NCBI GenBank assembly: GCA_964518395.1
Contig: CAZFGA010000008.1
Coordinates: 40,699 to 104,698 of the forward strand
Direction: 5' to 3'
Length of the DNA stretch: 64,000 bases
From: an uncultured Flavobacterium sp.
GTDB taxonomy: Bacteria > Bacteroidota > Bacteroidia > Flavobacteriales > Flavobacteriaceae
Shown here: in pieces, positions 37,969 through 46,217 of the stretch
How the letters are laid out: each line of letters starts with the position of its first letter
Numbering within the stretch: the first letter of the stretch is position 1
Made by a program: the position numbers and the translations under genes
Notes under the pieces: model-generated
What the model was told of the DNA's origin: nothing
The model's input: only the letters and a program-made list of their open reading frames with translations
The model's database searches: none

Positions 37969-37976
37969 CAAAAATA
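37969..37976 (-). promoter_or_regulatory. Candidate -7 box TATTTTTG for the kinase/DUF3037 pair
   Basis: Minus strand, 17 nt upstream of the ATG at 37951. Confidence 0.45.
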
Positions 37977-37996
37977 GCGCATCGAAACGGATGCGC
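37977..37996 (-). terminator. Hairpin terminator after the DoxX gene
   Basis: GCGCATC-CGTTTC-GATGCGC, followed on the minus strand by TATTTTTG. Confidence 0.55.
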
Positions 37997-38044
37997 CATT
38001 TTTTTGAAAACATATTTTTAAAGCTCCCATAAGGAGTTGCCTGT

Positions 38045-38413
38045 TTAATCCTTTGGATTTAGTTTATGATAGCTGATGTAAGAAAGCATAAGTACTCCCA
38101 ATACAATTAACGGAAAAATAGCCTGAAAGCCAAAGCCATCTACAGCTGCATGGCTTGCGGAAGCGCCAAGAAAATCGAAAGTAAATCCGGCATAAGCCCA
38201 TTCTTTCAAACGGCTAGGTATGGCAGGAATAATTAAGACAAGTGCTCCCAATACTTTAAAAACAGTAATGATAACACCAAAATATTCAGGATATCCTAAA
38301 TGACGAATACCTTCTTTGGCTAATTCGGTTTGTGATGTTAGAGCCGGCATTACGCCTTCAAATAAAAAGATCAAGATGGTAGTAATCCAAAAGATAATTT
38401 TATGTTTTTTCAT
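38045..38413 (-). CDS. DoxX family membrane protein
   Basis: 122 aa with four TM helices. Opens MKKHKIIFWITTILIFLFEGVMPA, typical of DoxX-like proteins. Confidence 0.6.
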   Translation of the reverse strand: MKKHKIIFWITTILIFLFEGVMPALTSQTELAKEGIRHLGYPEYFGVIITVFKVLGALVLIIPAIPSRLKEWAYAGFTFDFLGASASHAAVDGFGFQAIFPLIVLGVLMLSYISYHKLNPKD

Positions 38414-38430
38414 GGTAATTTTAATTAAGG

Positions 38431-38958
38431 TTAGTTTTGTTTTTCTAAGGAAGCAATAGTTTTTCTGACTTGTTCTGTGTGCCTTTGTGCATGAAATAAT
38501 GTGAAGTTAATCCATTCCAGGCAGGTCAGAAAGCCAAAAACAGGTAATTCAAAACCCTTACAGGTCTTTGATAGATCAGCTGATTCGATCAGTTGTAAGG
38601 TGTCATTCTTCAAAACCTTCACTTTGTCCAATTGCTGTTGTTTGTTGTGTATGGTTTCGGTTGGAATAATGAACCCAGGCGCATCCAATTTGGTGCTGAA
38701 ATCTAAAAAGATAGATTTAATAAGAGGCACTCTTTCATCTATCGGTCGGTCTGTTTCATCTATGTTTTCTGCAAACAGATTTTTGAGTCCTGAATTTGCT
38801 TTTAGGATATGTTCCATTATCTGACCTACAGACCAGCTGTTTTCCGCTGGATTCTTATCCCATAAACTAGTATCAATAGATAAAAGAAGTTTTTCTAAGC
38901 CGTCATAAGTTGCATTGGTTTCTCCAATAAGTGCGGCAGTATTAAAGTTGTTAGTCAT
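38431..38958 (-). CDS. DinB family protein
   Basis: 175 aa. His triad candidates in WSVGQIMEHILK and FHAQRHTEQ. Confidence 0.6.
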   Translation of the reverse strand: MTNNFNTAALIGETNATYDGLEKLLLSIDTSLWDKNPAENSWSVGQIMEHILKANSGLKNLFAENIDETDRPIDERVPLIKSIFLDFSTKLDAPGFIIPTETIHNKQQQLDKVKVLKNDTLQLIESADLSKTCKGFELPVFGFLTCLEWINFTLFHAQRHTEQVRKTIASLEKQN

Positions 38959-38984
38959 AGGTTTTACTGTTTGTTATTTTTATT

Positions 38985-38992
38985 CAAAATTA
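38985..38992 (-). promoter_or_regulatory. Candidate -7 box TAATTTTG
   Basis: Minus strand, 26 nt upstream of the ATG at 38958. Confidence 0.45.
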
Positions 38993-39075
38993 AGGTCGAA
39001 GTTTCAATTGTATGCTGTGTAAAAAAGACAATTGGAAGGGGAGATTGCGACAAGCTATCGTTTTGCCGAATTCGT

Positions 39076-39083
39076 TATCTTTG
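39076..39083 (+). promoter_or_regulatory. Candidate -7 box TATCTTTG
   Basis: 24 nt upstream of the ATG at 39108. Confidence 0.4.
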
Positions 39084-39107
39084 TAGGGTGATAGAAAACC
39101 TTTATGT

Positions 39108-39260
39108 ATGGGACGACGCAATGAGGCCAATAGGCTGGAACATAAAAAGAAAACAGACCAGAAAAAGAAGCGGGAGCAGGACGCTGAAAAGCAGAGAAAA
39201 AATAAGCTGAAAGAAATTATCAAAAAAAATAATGCTTCAAATGAAGCACAGACAGAATAA
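39108..39260 (+). CDS. Candidate 50-aa Lys/Arg-rich small protein (below the ORF-track size cutoff)
   Basis: Translation MGRRNEANRLEHKKKTDQKKKREQDAEKQRKNKLKEIIKKNNASNEAQTE. It is the first substantial ORF after the -7 box. The stop lies 1 nt before the ATG at 39262. Confidence 0.3.
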   Translation: MGRRNEANRLEHKKKTDQKKKREQDAEKQRKNKLKEIIKKNNASNEAQTE

Positions 39261-39261
39261 A

Positions 39262-39480
39262 ATGGATAGCAAAGCCTTCGAAGAATTAAAGAAAGACGTA
39301 CAGGAAATCATTGACTTGTTAGCAAGTAAACAAAACAAAGAAGCTAATAATAAATTGGTTGAAGTAAGCGAAAATTTAGATGAATTATTAGACCATGCCG
39401 AAGAAGATGAGGATCTTGTCGAACTCGGTCGTTATATGGTATTGCTGAACCAGCTGCATCAAAAGATTAATGCCGAATAA
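39262..39480 (+). CDS. Small acidic helical protein, unknown function
   Basis: MDSKAFEELKKDVQEIIDLL...EEDEDLVELGRYMVLLNQLHQKINAE. The ORF track starts it at 39232, so either start is possible. Confidence 0.5.
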   Translation: MDSKAFEELKKDVQEIIDLLASKQNKEANNKLVEVSENLDELLDHAEEDEDLVELGRYMVLLNQLHQKINAE

Positions 39481-39481
39481 T

Positions 39482-39865
39482 ATGGCAGCGCTAATCTGTC
39501 CTTGTGGTTCGGGAATGTTATTTGCCCAATGTTGCGAACCTTTCATCAAAGAAATTCATAATCCTCCAACTGCTGAAAAACTAATGCGGTCACGTTACAG
39601 TGCCTATGCTGTACAGGCGGCTGACTATCTAATTGCAACTACACATAGTTCTACAAGAAAGAACCATTCAAAATCGGATATATTGGAATGGTCCAAATCC
39701 AACCAATGGCTGAAACTGGAAGTATTGGAGGTGACAGAGAATACAGTAGAATTTAAAGCCTATTTTTTAGACAGCCATCTCAAAGCACAAATGCACCATG
39801 AAAAATCATTTTTCAGGAAAGAAAATGAGAAGTGGTTTTATGTAGATGGTGAATTTTTCGAATAA
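39482..39865 (+). CDS. ychJ: YchJ family protein (N-terminal SEC-C metal-binding motif plus NTF2-like domain)
   Basis: CPCGSGMLFAQCC, then LMRSRYSAYAVQAADYLIATTH and KWFYVDGE, collinear with E. coli YchJ. The alternative start at 39470 would overlap the upstream stop. Confidence 0.7.
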   Translation: MAALICPCGSGMLFAQCCEPFIKEIHNPPTAEKLMRSRYSAYAVQAADYLIATTHSSTRKNHSKSDILEWSKSNQWLKLEVLEVTENTVEFKAYFLDSHLKAQMHHEKSFFRKENEKWFYVDGEFFE

Positions 39866-39891
39866 AGTTTTATTAAACTATAACATAACGA

Positions 39892-39943
39892 CTCTGCGAC
39901 TTTGCGAGCAATTATTTTCACGCAAAGTCGCAGAGCCGCAAAG
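39892..39943. repeat. REP-like palindromic element
   Basis: Perfect 15-bp inverted repeat CTCTGCGACTTTGCG (39892-39906) / CGCAAAGTCGCAGAG (39921-39935), plus a partial third copy CGCAAAG (39937-39943). Confidence 0.6.
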
Positions 39944-40114
39944 AGATTAAAAAAGAAATGCCCTTCAAAAGTTTGAAGGACATTTACTAACTCTCAAAAT
40001 AACCCCCTCTTATTTTAAGGTCTTAGGGCTCTTTTTTGGAAAAAAATTGGCTCCTGATATTATAACCCAATAATAAATTCAGGAGCCGGTGTATAAACTA
40101 GTAAAAAATATGAA

Positions 40115-40546
40115 CTACTCTTTAGCTCCGTTGAATAAATAAGTAATATCTGAAGCGGACTGTTCTTTTGTAAGAATCGTTAATGCCTTGCTACTATTCT
40201 TATAAAGTATTGTTCCTTCTGGAATATTTCCATCAGATATAATATCGCCGGTGTTATTGTATACTTTCATTGTTTTTTCGGTCACACCCGAGTAGGCTTC
40301 ACCGCTTTTTGCTACTATTTTTAATTGTGTGCCGCTAGCTTTAGTAACAATTATTTTTGCATTAAAGAATTCCTGACCCGCATTTGGACCATTACCTATT
40401 GTAAGTTTACCAGTGAAAGTACCTACAGCAGCGTCAATACTTCCACCACCACCAGGTCCATTGTTATTGTCATCGCTACTGCAAGATGCTAAACCAAATA
40501 ATGCAATTGCAATAATTCCGGCTGTTTTTAAAATTGACTTTTTCAT
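40115..40546 (-). CDS. Putative lipoprotein, unknown function
   Basis: Lipobox IALFGLASC-SSDDNNN. 143 aa, beta-rich. Confidence 0.65.
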   Translation of the reverse strand: MKKSILKTAGIIAIALFGLASCSSDDNNNGPGGGGSIDAAVGTFTGKLTIGNGPNAGQEFFNAKIIVTKASGTQLKIVAKSGEAYSGVTEKTMKVYNNTGDIISDGNIPEGTILYKNSSKALTILTKEQSASDITYLFNGAKE

Positions 40547-40712
40547 TGTTTTAAATTTTTTTTAGGATTTGAAATACAAAGTTAGAATTGTGCTTTTCGG
40601 CTTCCTATACCCTTAAATAGGTAAATTTTTATACCTGATTTCAGGTATTTTTTCGTCGAAAATTTAAAAATTTAACATAAGATATTGTTTAAGTTAATAT
40701 TTTTGTGATGCT

Positions 40713-42716
40713 ATGAAAAACAAATTATTACTCCCGCTTATCTTCTTGATTTCGCAGGCGTTATACTCACAGAGAGTGTATACGCTTGATGATGATCAAT
40801 CCTATACTGATAGTCTTATACAACTTATTAAAACAACCCGAGTTGACAGTATTAAGGGCATTACCAGTTTTCGGCTTGCTGATTTGTACAGAAGAGGCAA
40901 AAAGAACGAACTGGCTGACGAGTATCTGGCCATTGCCAATAAAATTGCTCCCAAATATCCTTTTTTAAAAGATGTAGGTGTTTATTATAACTCTACAACC
41001 TACTTAAGTAAAGGAGATATCGAAAATTTCGGAAAACAGTTAAGTCTTGCCAATACGACACTTAAAAAATATAAGACAAAAGAGGCGTATGCCTTGCGAG
41101 CCTATATTGTAAGAAACCTGTCAATACTCCAGCAGATTAAAAACAACGAAAAGGAGGCCATGCGAATGCTCATAGAAGAAGCGATGCCATTAGCCCAAAA
41201 AAGTGGAGATTATGAGGTGTTAAGCGGCTTGTATAAGTCGGTGGGTATTATTTTTATGAATAGCAATGAAAGGGAAAAGGCAGAAGAATATCTTGAATCC
41301 GCAAAAGAATATATTGAAAAGGCATCCAAAAGAACCAATACCTATAAAGAAACCAAAGCGGAAATCTATATCATAGATACAGAAAATTTGTGCCATCTTG
41401 AAAAACTAGTTGATGCGAAAAAATCATTAGACAAGGCTTATGCGATTGTTAAAGAGTACCCGAAGTCCAATATGAACGGAGGTTATTATTTTTCTGAAGG
41501 TTATTATTTCTATAAGGTAAAACAATATGAAAATGCACTAAAAAGCTATGACAAAGGGATAGTTAACAGTATGCTTTTTCAGGATGTATATTCTGCAAAT
41601 CGTCTGAAATATGCCAAATACCTTCCATTTAAAGCCATGAACAGGCATGAGGATGTCAAAAACACATTGTTGGATCTGATTGAGAATAATACGTCTTTCG
41701 CTATAGATGAAAAAAGATACAGTCTGGAACTGGCCGATGCATTTGAAAAGTTGGGAGATATTAAAAATGCATATAAATATAAATCGAGATATATTGTTCT
41801 TAGTGATAGCATTAATGAAGAATATTCTAAAGATAAGATAACCGCATTGGAAGCAAAATTCAATAAGGCTGAAAATGAAAGAAAAATTGCTCAGCTTGAA
41901 GCTCAGCGGGAACGCGATAAGCTTATTGCAGAAAATAATAAGTTGTATTATGGCTTGCTGGTTGCCATTTCAGTTTTATTACTGTTATTGGTAATCTTCC
42001 TTTGGATCAATTCAAAAAACCAGAAAAAAATAGCTGTAGAGCACGCTAAAAATTATGCGCAAAATTTAAAAAGTCTTAAAGACCAGAAAGAAATTGAGGT
42101 AATGCAGGCCATGATTAAAGGCGAGGAAGAAGAACGAAAAAGGATTGCGAGAGATCTTCATGACGGTATAGGAAGTATGCTGTCATCATTAAAAATGAGA
42201 TTTATGAAAGTAAACAGCGCATCTGAAACGGTCGATCTTAATGAAATTGAAAGTATGAACAAGCTGCTCAATAATTCGATTACTGAATTGCGACAAGTTT
42301 CCTATAATCTCATTCCGGAATCGCTTCTTAAATTAGGGCTTGAACATGCACTCAGCGATTTGTGTCATATGCTAAAGACTGACGATATTCATATTGACTT
42401 TCATGCTAACAACATTAAAGAAGATATTCCGGAAAGTATTCAGATTACTATTTACAGAATCGTGCAGGAACTTCTTAACAATGCCCTGAAACATTCTAAA
42501 AGCAGTGAGATTTTAGTGGATTGTAGCCAGAATCAATCTGTATTTTTTATCACAATTGAGGATAACGGCGTTGGGTTCGATCTTGAAAAAATGAACGAGT
42601 TTAATGGCCAGGGTCTTAAGAATTTGAAAAATAGGGTGGAGCTTCTTAACGGAAAAATAGAAATTGATTCTTCAGACGAAAGAGGAACGGCATTCAATAT
42701 TGAGTTATCTATTTAA
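40713..42716 (+). CDS. TPR-domain sensor histidine kinase, HisKA_3 (NarX/LiaS-like) class
   Basis: Signal peptide, long TPR-like helical region, coiled coil, one TM helix (LYYGLLVAISVLLLLLVIFLWI), H-box ARDLHDGIGSMLSSL, and ATPase box EDNGVGF. Confidence 0.8.
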   Translation: MKNKLLLPLIFLISQALYSQRVYTLDDDQSYTDSLIQLIKTTRVDSIKGITSFRLADLYRRGKKNELADEYLAIANKIAPKYPFLKDVGVYYNSTTYLSKGDIENFGKQLSLANTTLKKYKTKEAYALRAYIVRNLSILQQIKNNEKEAMRMLIEEAMPLAQKSGDYEVLSGLYKSVGIIFMNSNEREKAEEYLESAKEYIEKASKRTNTYKETKAEIYIIDTENLCHLEKLVDAKKSLDKAYAIVKEYPKSNMNGGYYFSEGYYFYKVKQYENALKSYDKGIVNSMLFQDVYSANRLKYAKYLPFKAMNRHEDVKNTLLDLIENNTSFAIDEKRYSLELADAFEKLGDIKNAYKYKSRYIVLSDSINEEYSKDKITALEAKFNKAENERKIAQLEAQRERDKLIAENNKLYYGLLVAISVLLLLLVIFLWINSKNQKKIAVEHAKNYAQNLKSLKDQKEIEVMQAMIKGEEEERKRIARDLHDGIGSMLSSLKMRFMKVNSASETVDLNEIESMNKLLNNSITELRQVSYNLIPESLLKLGLEHALSDLCHMLKTDDIHIDFHANNIKEDIPESIQITIYRIVQELLNNALKHSKSSEILVDCSQNQSVFFITIEDNGVGFDLEKMNEFNGQGLKNLKNRVELLNGKIEIDSSDERGTAFNIELSI

Positions 42717-42722
42717 TCAGAC

Positions 42723-43358
42723 ATGATCATGACAAAACCTTATAAAACAGTAATCGTTGACGATCATCCTATAGTAAGTGAGGGATTACAAGTGCTTTTT
42801 TCGCAGTCTAAAGAAGTAGAAATAATCAGGAGTTTTAAGACAGGAGCTGCATTGCTGGAATATGGAGGTCTGGGAAAAGTTGATATTATTTTATTGGATA
42901 TTTTCCTTCCGGATATCAACGGAATCGATTTGTGCCTGAAAATTAAAAAAAGCCATCCCAAAATTATCATTCTGGCCATGAGCAGTCAGTCGGAAAGGAG
43001 TATTGTGCTTCAGATGATCAAGAATGGGGCTAATGGCTATTTGCTTAAAAGTGCTTCGCTGGAAGAATTTAAGAATTGTATTCATAAAGCGATTGACGGT
43101 GAATTGGCTTTTAGCAATGAGGTGAAGGGAATTGTGCAGAAAACCAATATTCATGATCTTAAAGCTATTCCGAGACTCACACGAAGAGAAAAAGAAATAC
43201 TGCTGTTGCTGGCAGATGGCAAATCGACTCAGGAAATATCAGATACATTGTTTTTAAGTTATCTGACAGTCCAGACACACAGAAGGAACTTACTAAACAA
43301 ATGTCAGGCTAGAAATCTGGCTGAACTTTTGAAATTCGCAAAAGAAAATGCCTTATAA
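42723..43358 (+). CDS. NarL/LuxR family response regulator
   Basis: Receiver (VDDHPIV, LLDIFLPDINGI) plus LuxR HTH (LTRREKEILLLLADGKSTQEISDTLFLSYLTVQTHRRNLL). Confidence 0.9.
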   Translation: MIMTKPYKTVIVDDHPIVSEGLQVLFSQSKEVEIIRSFKTGAALLEYGGLGKVDIILLDIFLPDINGIDLCLKIKKSHPKIIILAMSSQSERSIVLQMIKNGANGYLLKSASLEEFKNCIHKAIDGELAFSNEVKGIVQKTNIHDLKAIPRLTRREKEILLLLADGKSTQEISDTLFLSYLTVQTHRRNLLNKCQARNLAELLKFAKENAL

Positions 43359-43426
43359 CTTACTAATTCTTTTTTGAAGAAAGCTTTTCATTGGTAGGTG
43401 AAATAAAAAATAAAAAGAAAGCAACA

Positions 43427-43705
43427 ATGAGCAACACGATAGTATTTGCAATCGTAGCCTTTCAGACGCTTGTGCATTTTTTGGTAACCGGACAAACAAT
43501 AAGAGAAAGAGTGGCGCTATGGGTTGCAACAAAAGCTGCCGGAAAACAATTCATCCAGGTACATCGCAATTCTGTGGTTAACATGAGCCTTGTCAAAAAA
43601 CTGCATTTGTCAGATAATGACATAGAACTTTTGTCGGGAAACAGAATACCGATGAGCCGAAGGTTTAAGGAAAAATTCATGGAATATTATCCCATTCTCC
43701 GATAA
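43427..43705 (+). CDS. Stand-alone LytTR DNA-binding domain protein (no receiver domain)
   Basis: LytTR hallmark FIQVHRNSVVNMSLVKKL ... GNRIPMSRRFKEKF. The ORF-track start is a TTG, so I used the ATG at 43427. Confidence 0.55.
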   Translation: MSNTIVFAIVAFQTLVHFLVTGQTIRERVALWVATKAAGKQFIQVHRNSVVNMSLVKKLHLSDNDIELLSGNRIPMSRRFKEKFMEYYPILR

Positions 43706-43707
43706 GC

Positions 43708-44565
43708 TTATTTCCTTGACGTAATTGTAGATCCTGCCGATGCGGCAACCACAAAAATAACGGCAAGGATTTCATTGAAGGAAAGGTATTCCTGTAAAAA
43801 TATAAAGGCACAAATGGCCGCGGCAGCCGGTTCTAAACTCATCAAAATACTAAAGGTGCGTGCAGGAAGCCTGCCTAAAGCTTTCATTTCTAAAGTAAAC
43901 GGAATAGCACTTGATAGAAGGGCCAAAGCGATTCCCATGCCTAGAAATTTTGGAGTAAGGCCATCTAATCCATCGCCAAAAATTCCGAAAGGCACGACAA
44001 GACATGCGGCTATAAGCATACCCGTTGCAACGGCTTGATTGCCATCCATTCTTTTTGAAATTTTTCCTCCAAGAACGATATAAGCTGCCCAAAAAACACC
44101 GGCTAGTACGGCTAGAGCCGCACCTAAAATATCAACTCCGTTAGTTTTCCATGGAGCAATCAGCGCAATACCTATAGCGGCAAGTAATACCCACAAAAAA
44201 TCAACTGCCCGCTTAGAACCCAAAACTGCTACCATCAGCGGACCTATGAATTCCAATGTCACGGCCAACCCAATAGGAATTCTTTCAATTGCAAAATAAA
44301 AAACGAGATTCATGGCTCCTAAACAAAGACCGTAGGGAATCACAAACTTCCATTGCTCTTTGGTGAGTTTTGTCAAATTTGGTCTGTAGACTGCCATTAA
44401 GATCAATGCCGATATACCAATACGTAGTGATGCAGTTCCCGCCGCACCTATTGAAGGAAAAAGCGTTTTGGCAATTGCTGCTCCTGACTGTACACTGATT
44501 ATAGCTAAAAGAACAGCAGGAATAGGAGGTATGTTGATGTTTCTGAGTCTCATAGAAGGTTGCAT
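43708..44565 (-). CDS. rhtA: EamA/DMT family exporter, RhtA (threonine/homoserine exporter)-like
   Basis: Collinear with E. coli RhtA by eye: SVQSGAAIAKTLFP, TLEFIGPL, LSSAIPFTLEMKALGRLPARTFSILMSLEPA. The ORF-track start is a TTG. ATG candidates are at 44565 and 44553. Confidence 0.7.
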   Translation of the reverse strand: MQPSMRLRNINIPPIPAVLLAIISVQSGAAIAKTLFPSIGAAGTASLRIGISALILMAVYRPNLTKLTKEQWKFVIPYGLCLGAMNLVFYFAIERIPIGLAVTLEFIGPLMVAVLGSKRAVDFLWVLLAAIGIALIAPWKTNGVDILGAALAVLAGVFWAAYIVLGGKISKRMDGNQAVATGMLIAACLVVPFGIFGDGLDGLTPKFLGMGIALALLSSAIPFTLEMKALGRLPARTFSILMSLEPAAAAICAFIFLQEYLSFNEILAVIFVVAASAGSTITSRK

Positions 44566-44664
44566 TTGGGTAAGCAAAATTACAAAATTGCAAGGTATAA
44601 TAACGAGTTGTCAGGATTTTTACGAATTTGTTATAAAACTATATAAGTTTGTTGAAGGAACTCT

Positions 44665-44672
44665 TATATTTG
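44665..44672 (+). promoter_or_regulatory. Candidate -7 box TATATTTG
   Basis: 26 nt upstream of the ATG at 44699. Confidence 0.45.
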
Positions 44673-44698
44673 GCAACGAAGACAGAAAATAATATTCC

Positions 44699-45574
44699 AT
44701 GAAGAAAATCTTGTTTGCACTATTTGCTTTTGCATCTGTAAGTGCTGTCGGACAGACTAAAAATTCATTAAGCGATACTATTCCCTTAGTTATCAACAGC
44801 CAGAATACAATCTATGTTAAGGCTGTTTTTAATAAAACCGATACCTTAAACCTGAATTTTGATACCGGTACGACAGAATTGGTACTGACAAACGATGTCA
44901 TGAAAAACAAGTTAAAAGTCGCACCTAAGCTTTACAATACGTTTTACGATGTCAGAATAGGAGAACATGATTACACTACAAAAGTGTATGATGCGGAATT
45001 GACAGGTCATGGCACGGATGGAAGATTTGGTTGGGATTTATTCAAAGGCAAAGTAGTAGAGCTCAATTATAGCAAGAACATTATGGTTGTTCATTCGCAA
45101 TTGCCTGAATATGTTTTAAAAGACAATGCATTTTCAAAGCTTGGAATTACCTTTTTCAAGGGACTTGTTTTTGTAGAAAGCAAAATCTCGCATGATGGAG
45201 TAGACAATACAGCTTTGTTTTTATTTGATTCCGGATATCAAAGAACAGCCATGCTCGACAATGATTTGCTCAAAGAAGGCAATTTTCCTGCCGGGAAGAT
45301 GAAAGTGATAAAAAAAGTAATCATGAGAGGTGCACAAGGAAACGAAGTTCCGGTGATTACATCTGATTTGCAGCTGCTGAAAATTGGGAAATATGAATTA
45401 AAAGATGTGCCTGTACAGCAAATCACATCAAATAAGCCATTACATGGTGCCAATATCCATATTCTAGGGAATGAAGTATTGAAAAGATTTGACACCTTTC
45501 TTGATTTTCAAAATAACGTTATCTACCTGAAGCCAAATCATCTTTTTAAAGCAGAATATATTGAGAAAACCTAA
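44699..45574 (+). CDS. Secreted retropepsin-like (two-lobed) aspartyl protease family protein
   Basis: Signal peptide and two Asp motifs, LNFDTGTTELVL and FLFDSGYQRTAML. Confidence 0.6.
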   Translation: MKKILFALFAFASVSAVGQTKNSLSDTIPLVINSQNTIYVKAVFNKTDTLNLNFDTGTTELVLTNDVMKNKLKVAPKLYNTFYDVRIGEHDYTTKVYDAELTGHGTDGRFGWDLFKGKVVELNYSKNIMVVHSQLPEYVLKDNAFSKLGITFFKGLVFVESKISHDGVDNTALFLFDSGYQRTAMLDNDLLKEGNFPAGKMKVIKKVIMRGAQGNEVPVITSDLQLLKIGKYELKDVPVQQITSNKPLHGANIHILGNEVLKRFDTFLDFQNNVIYLKPNHLFKAEYIEKT

Positions 45575-45739
45575 AAGGTAGCCATTCACTTTTGATTGCT
45601 TTTTATGTATTGGTTCAGAATAAATTACACTGAAAAAAACATTTTTGGAATCAATGATAACGTTTTCGAAACATTTACTTGTTAAAGCGTAGTGAAAATT
45701 CTTTTTTTGTTTCAATACTTTGTTTACTTTTGGCGGCAA

Positions 45740-46129
45740 ATGAGAAAGCTATTTGCATTATTCGTATATGTCTCTTTACTTCTGCTAAGCGGAGGGCAAT
45801 ACCTTAATGCAGCTACGCAACCAACTTCACATTCGTCTCATAGTTTTCAGAAAAAACACAGGGTAAAATATACCAATCAGGACACAAGCAACACTTTAAT
45901 TGAAGATGCTGACCTAGATCTTGATGAAGGTCACCCCGGCGGAGACGATCTCAAAGATGGGATTTGGAATAAACTTTTCATAGGAAATTATAGCTTATCT
46001 GATAACTGGTACGAGACAATCTACTGTCAACCTATCGTAGGCCGTTATCAAAGGAATTTTAAAACCTTCGCGCCATTTTGTGGCCAATCAAATCCTATTT
46101 ACATAACCCATAGGGTATTACGTATTTGA
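45740..46129 (+). CDS. Small secreted protein, unknown function, upstream of the RND operon
   Basis: Signal peptide MRKLFALFVYVSLLLLSGGQYLNA, an acidic middle (EDADLDLDEGHPGGDDL), and a conserved-looking tail NPIYITHRVLRI. The ORF-track GTG start was trimmed to the ATG. Confidence 0.5.
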   Translation: MRKLFALFVYVSLLLLSGGQYLNAATQPTSHSSHSFQKKHRVKYTNQDTSNTLIEDADLDLDEGHPGGDDLKDGIWNKLFIGNYSLSDNWYETIYCQPIVGRYQRNFKTFAPFCGQSNPIYITHRVLRI

Positions 46130-46217
46130 TTAACTCGAATATATCGGTCGCCTAAAGTGTGATCATTATATTTTGTAGTTGTTATTTACTCACTTCTTCA
46201 GATATGGCTGTTCATGC

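Noticed and set aside
38971-39223. Two mutually overlapping ORFs (79 aa plus strand, 77 aa minus strand) in the DinB/ychJ intergenic region.
   Set aside because: One starts at a TTG, and both contain the divergent -7 boxes. Their translations are low-complexity. A different small frame (39108-39260) fits the promoter better and is reported separately at low confidence.
40698-40705. TATTTTTG match to the -7 consensus upstream of the TPR-HisKA_3 kinase.
   Set aside because: It ends only 7 nt before the ATG, which would make the mRNA essentially leaderless. I did not call it as a promoter.
43708-44577. The rhtA-like gene appeared more GC-rich than its neighbours (some sampled lines near 47 percent), suggesting horizontal transfer from Proteobacteria.
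   Set aside because: The Ala/Gly/Leu-rich membrane protein composition explains a higher GC. The RND genes nearby are similar, and no flanking repeats or mobility genes are present. A proper codon-usage test would be needed.
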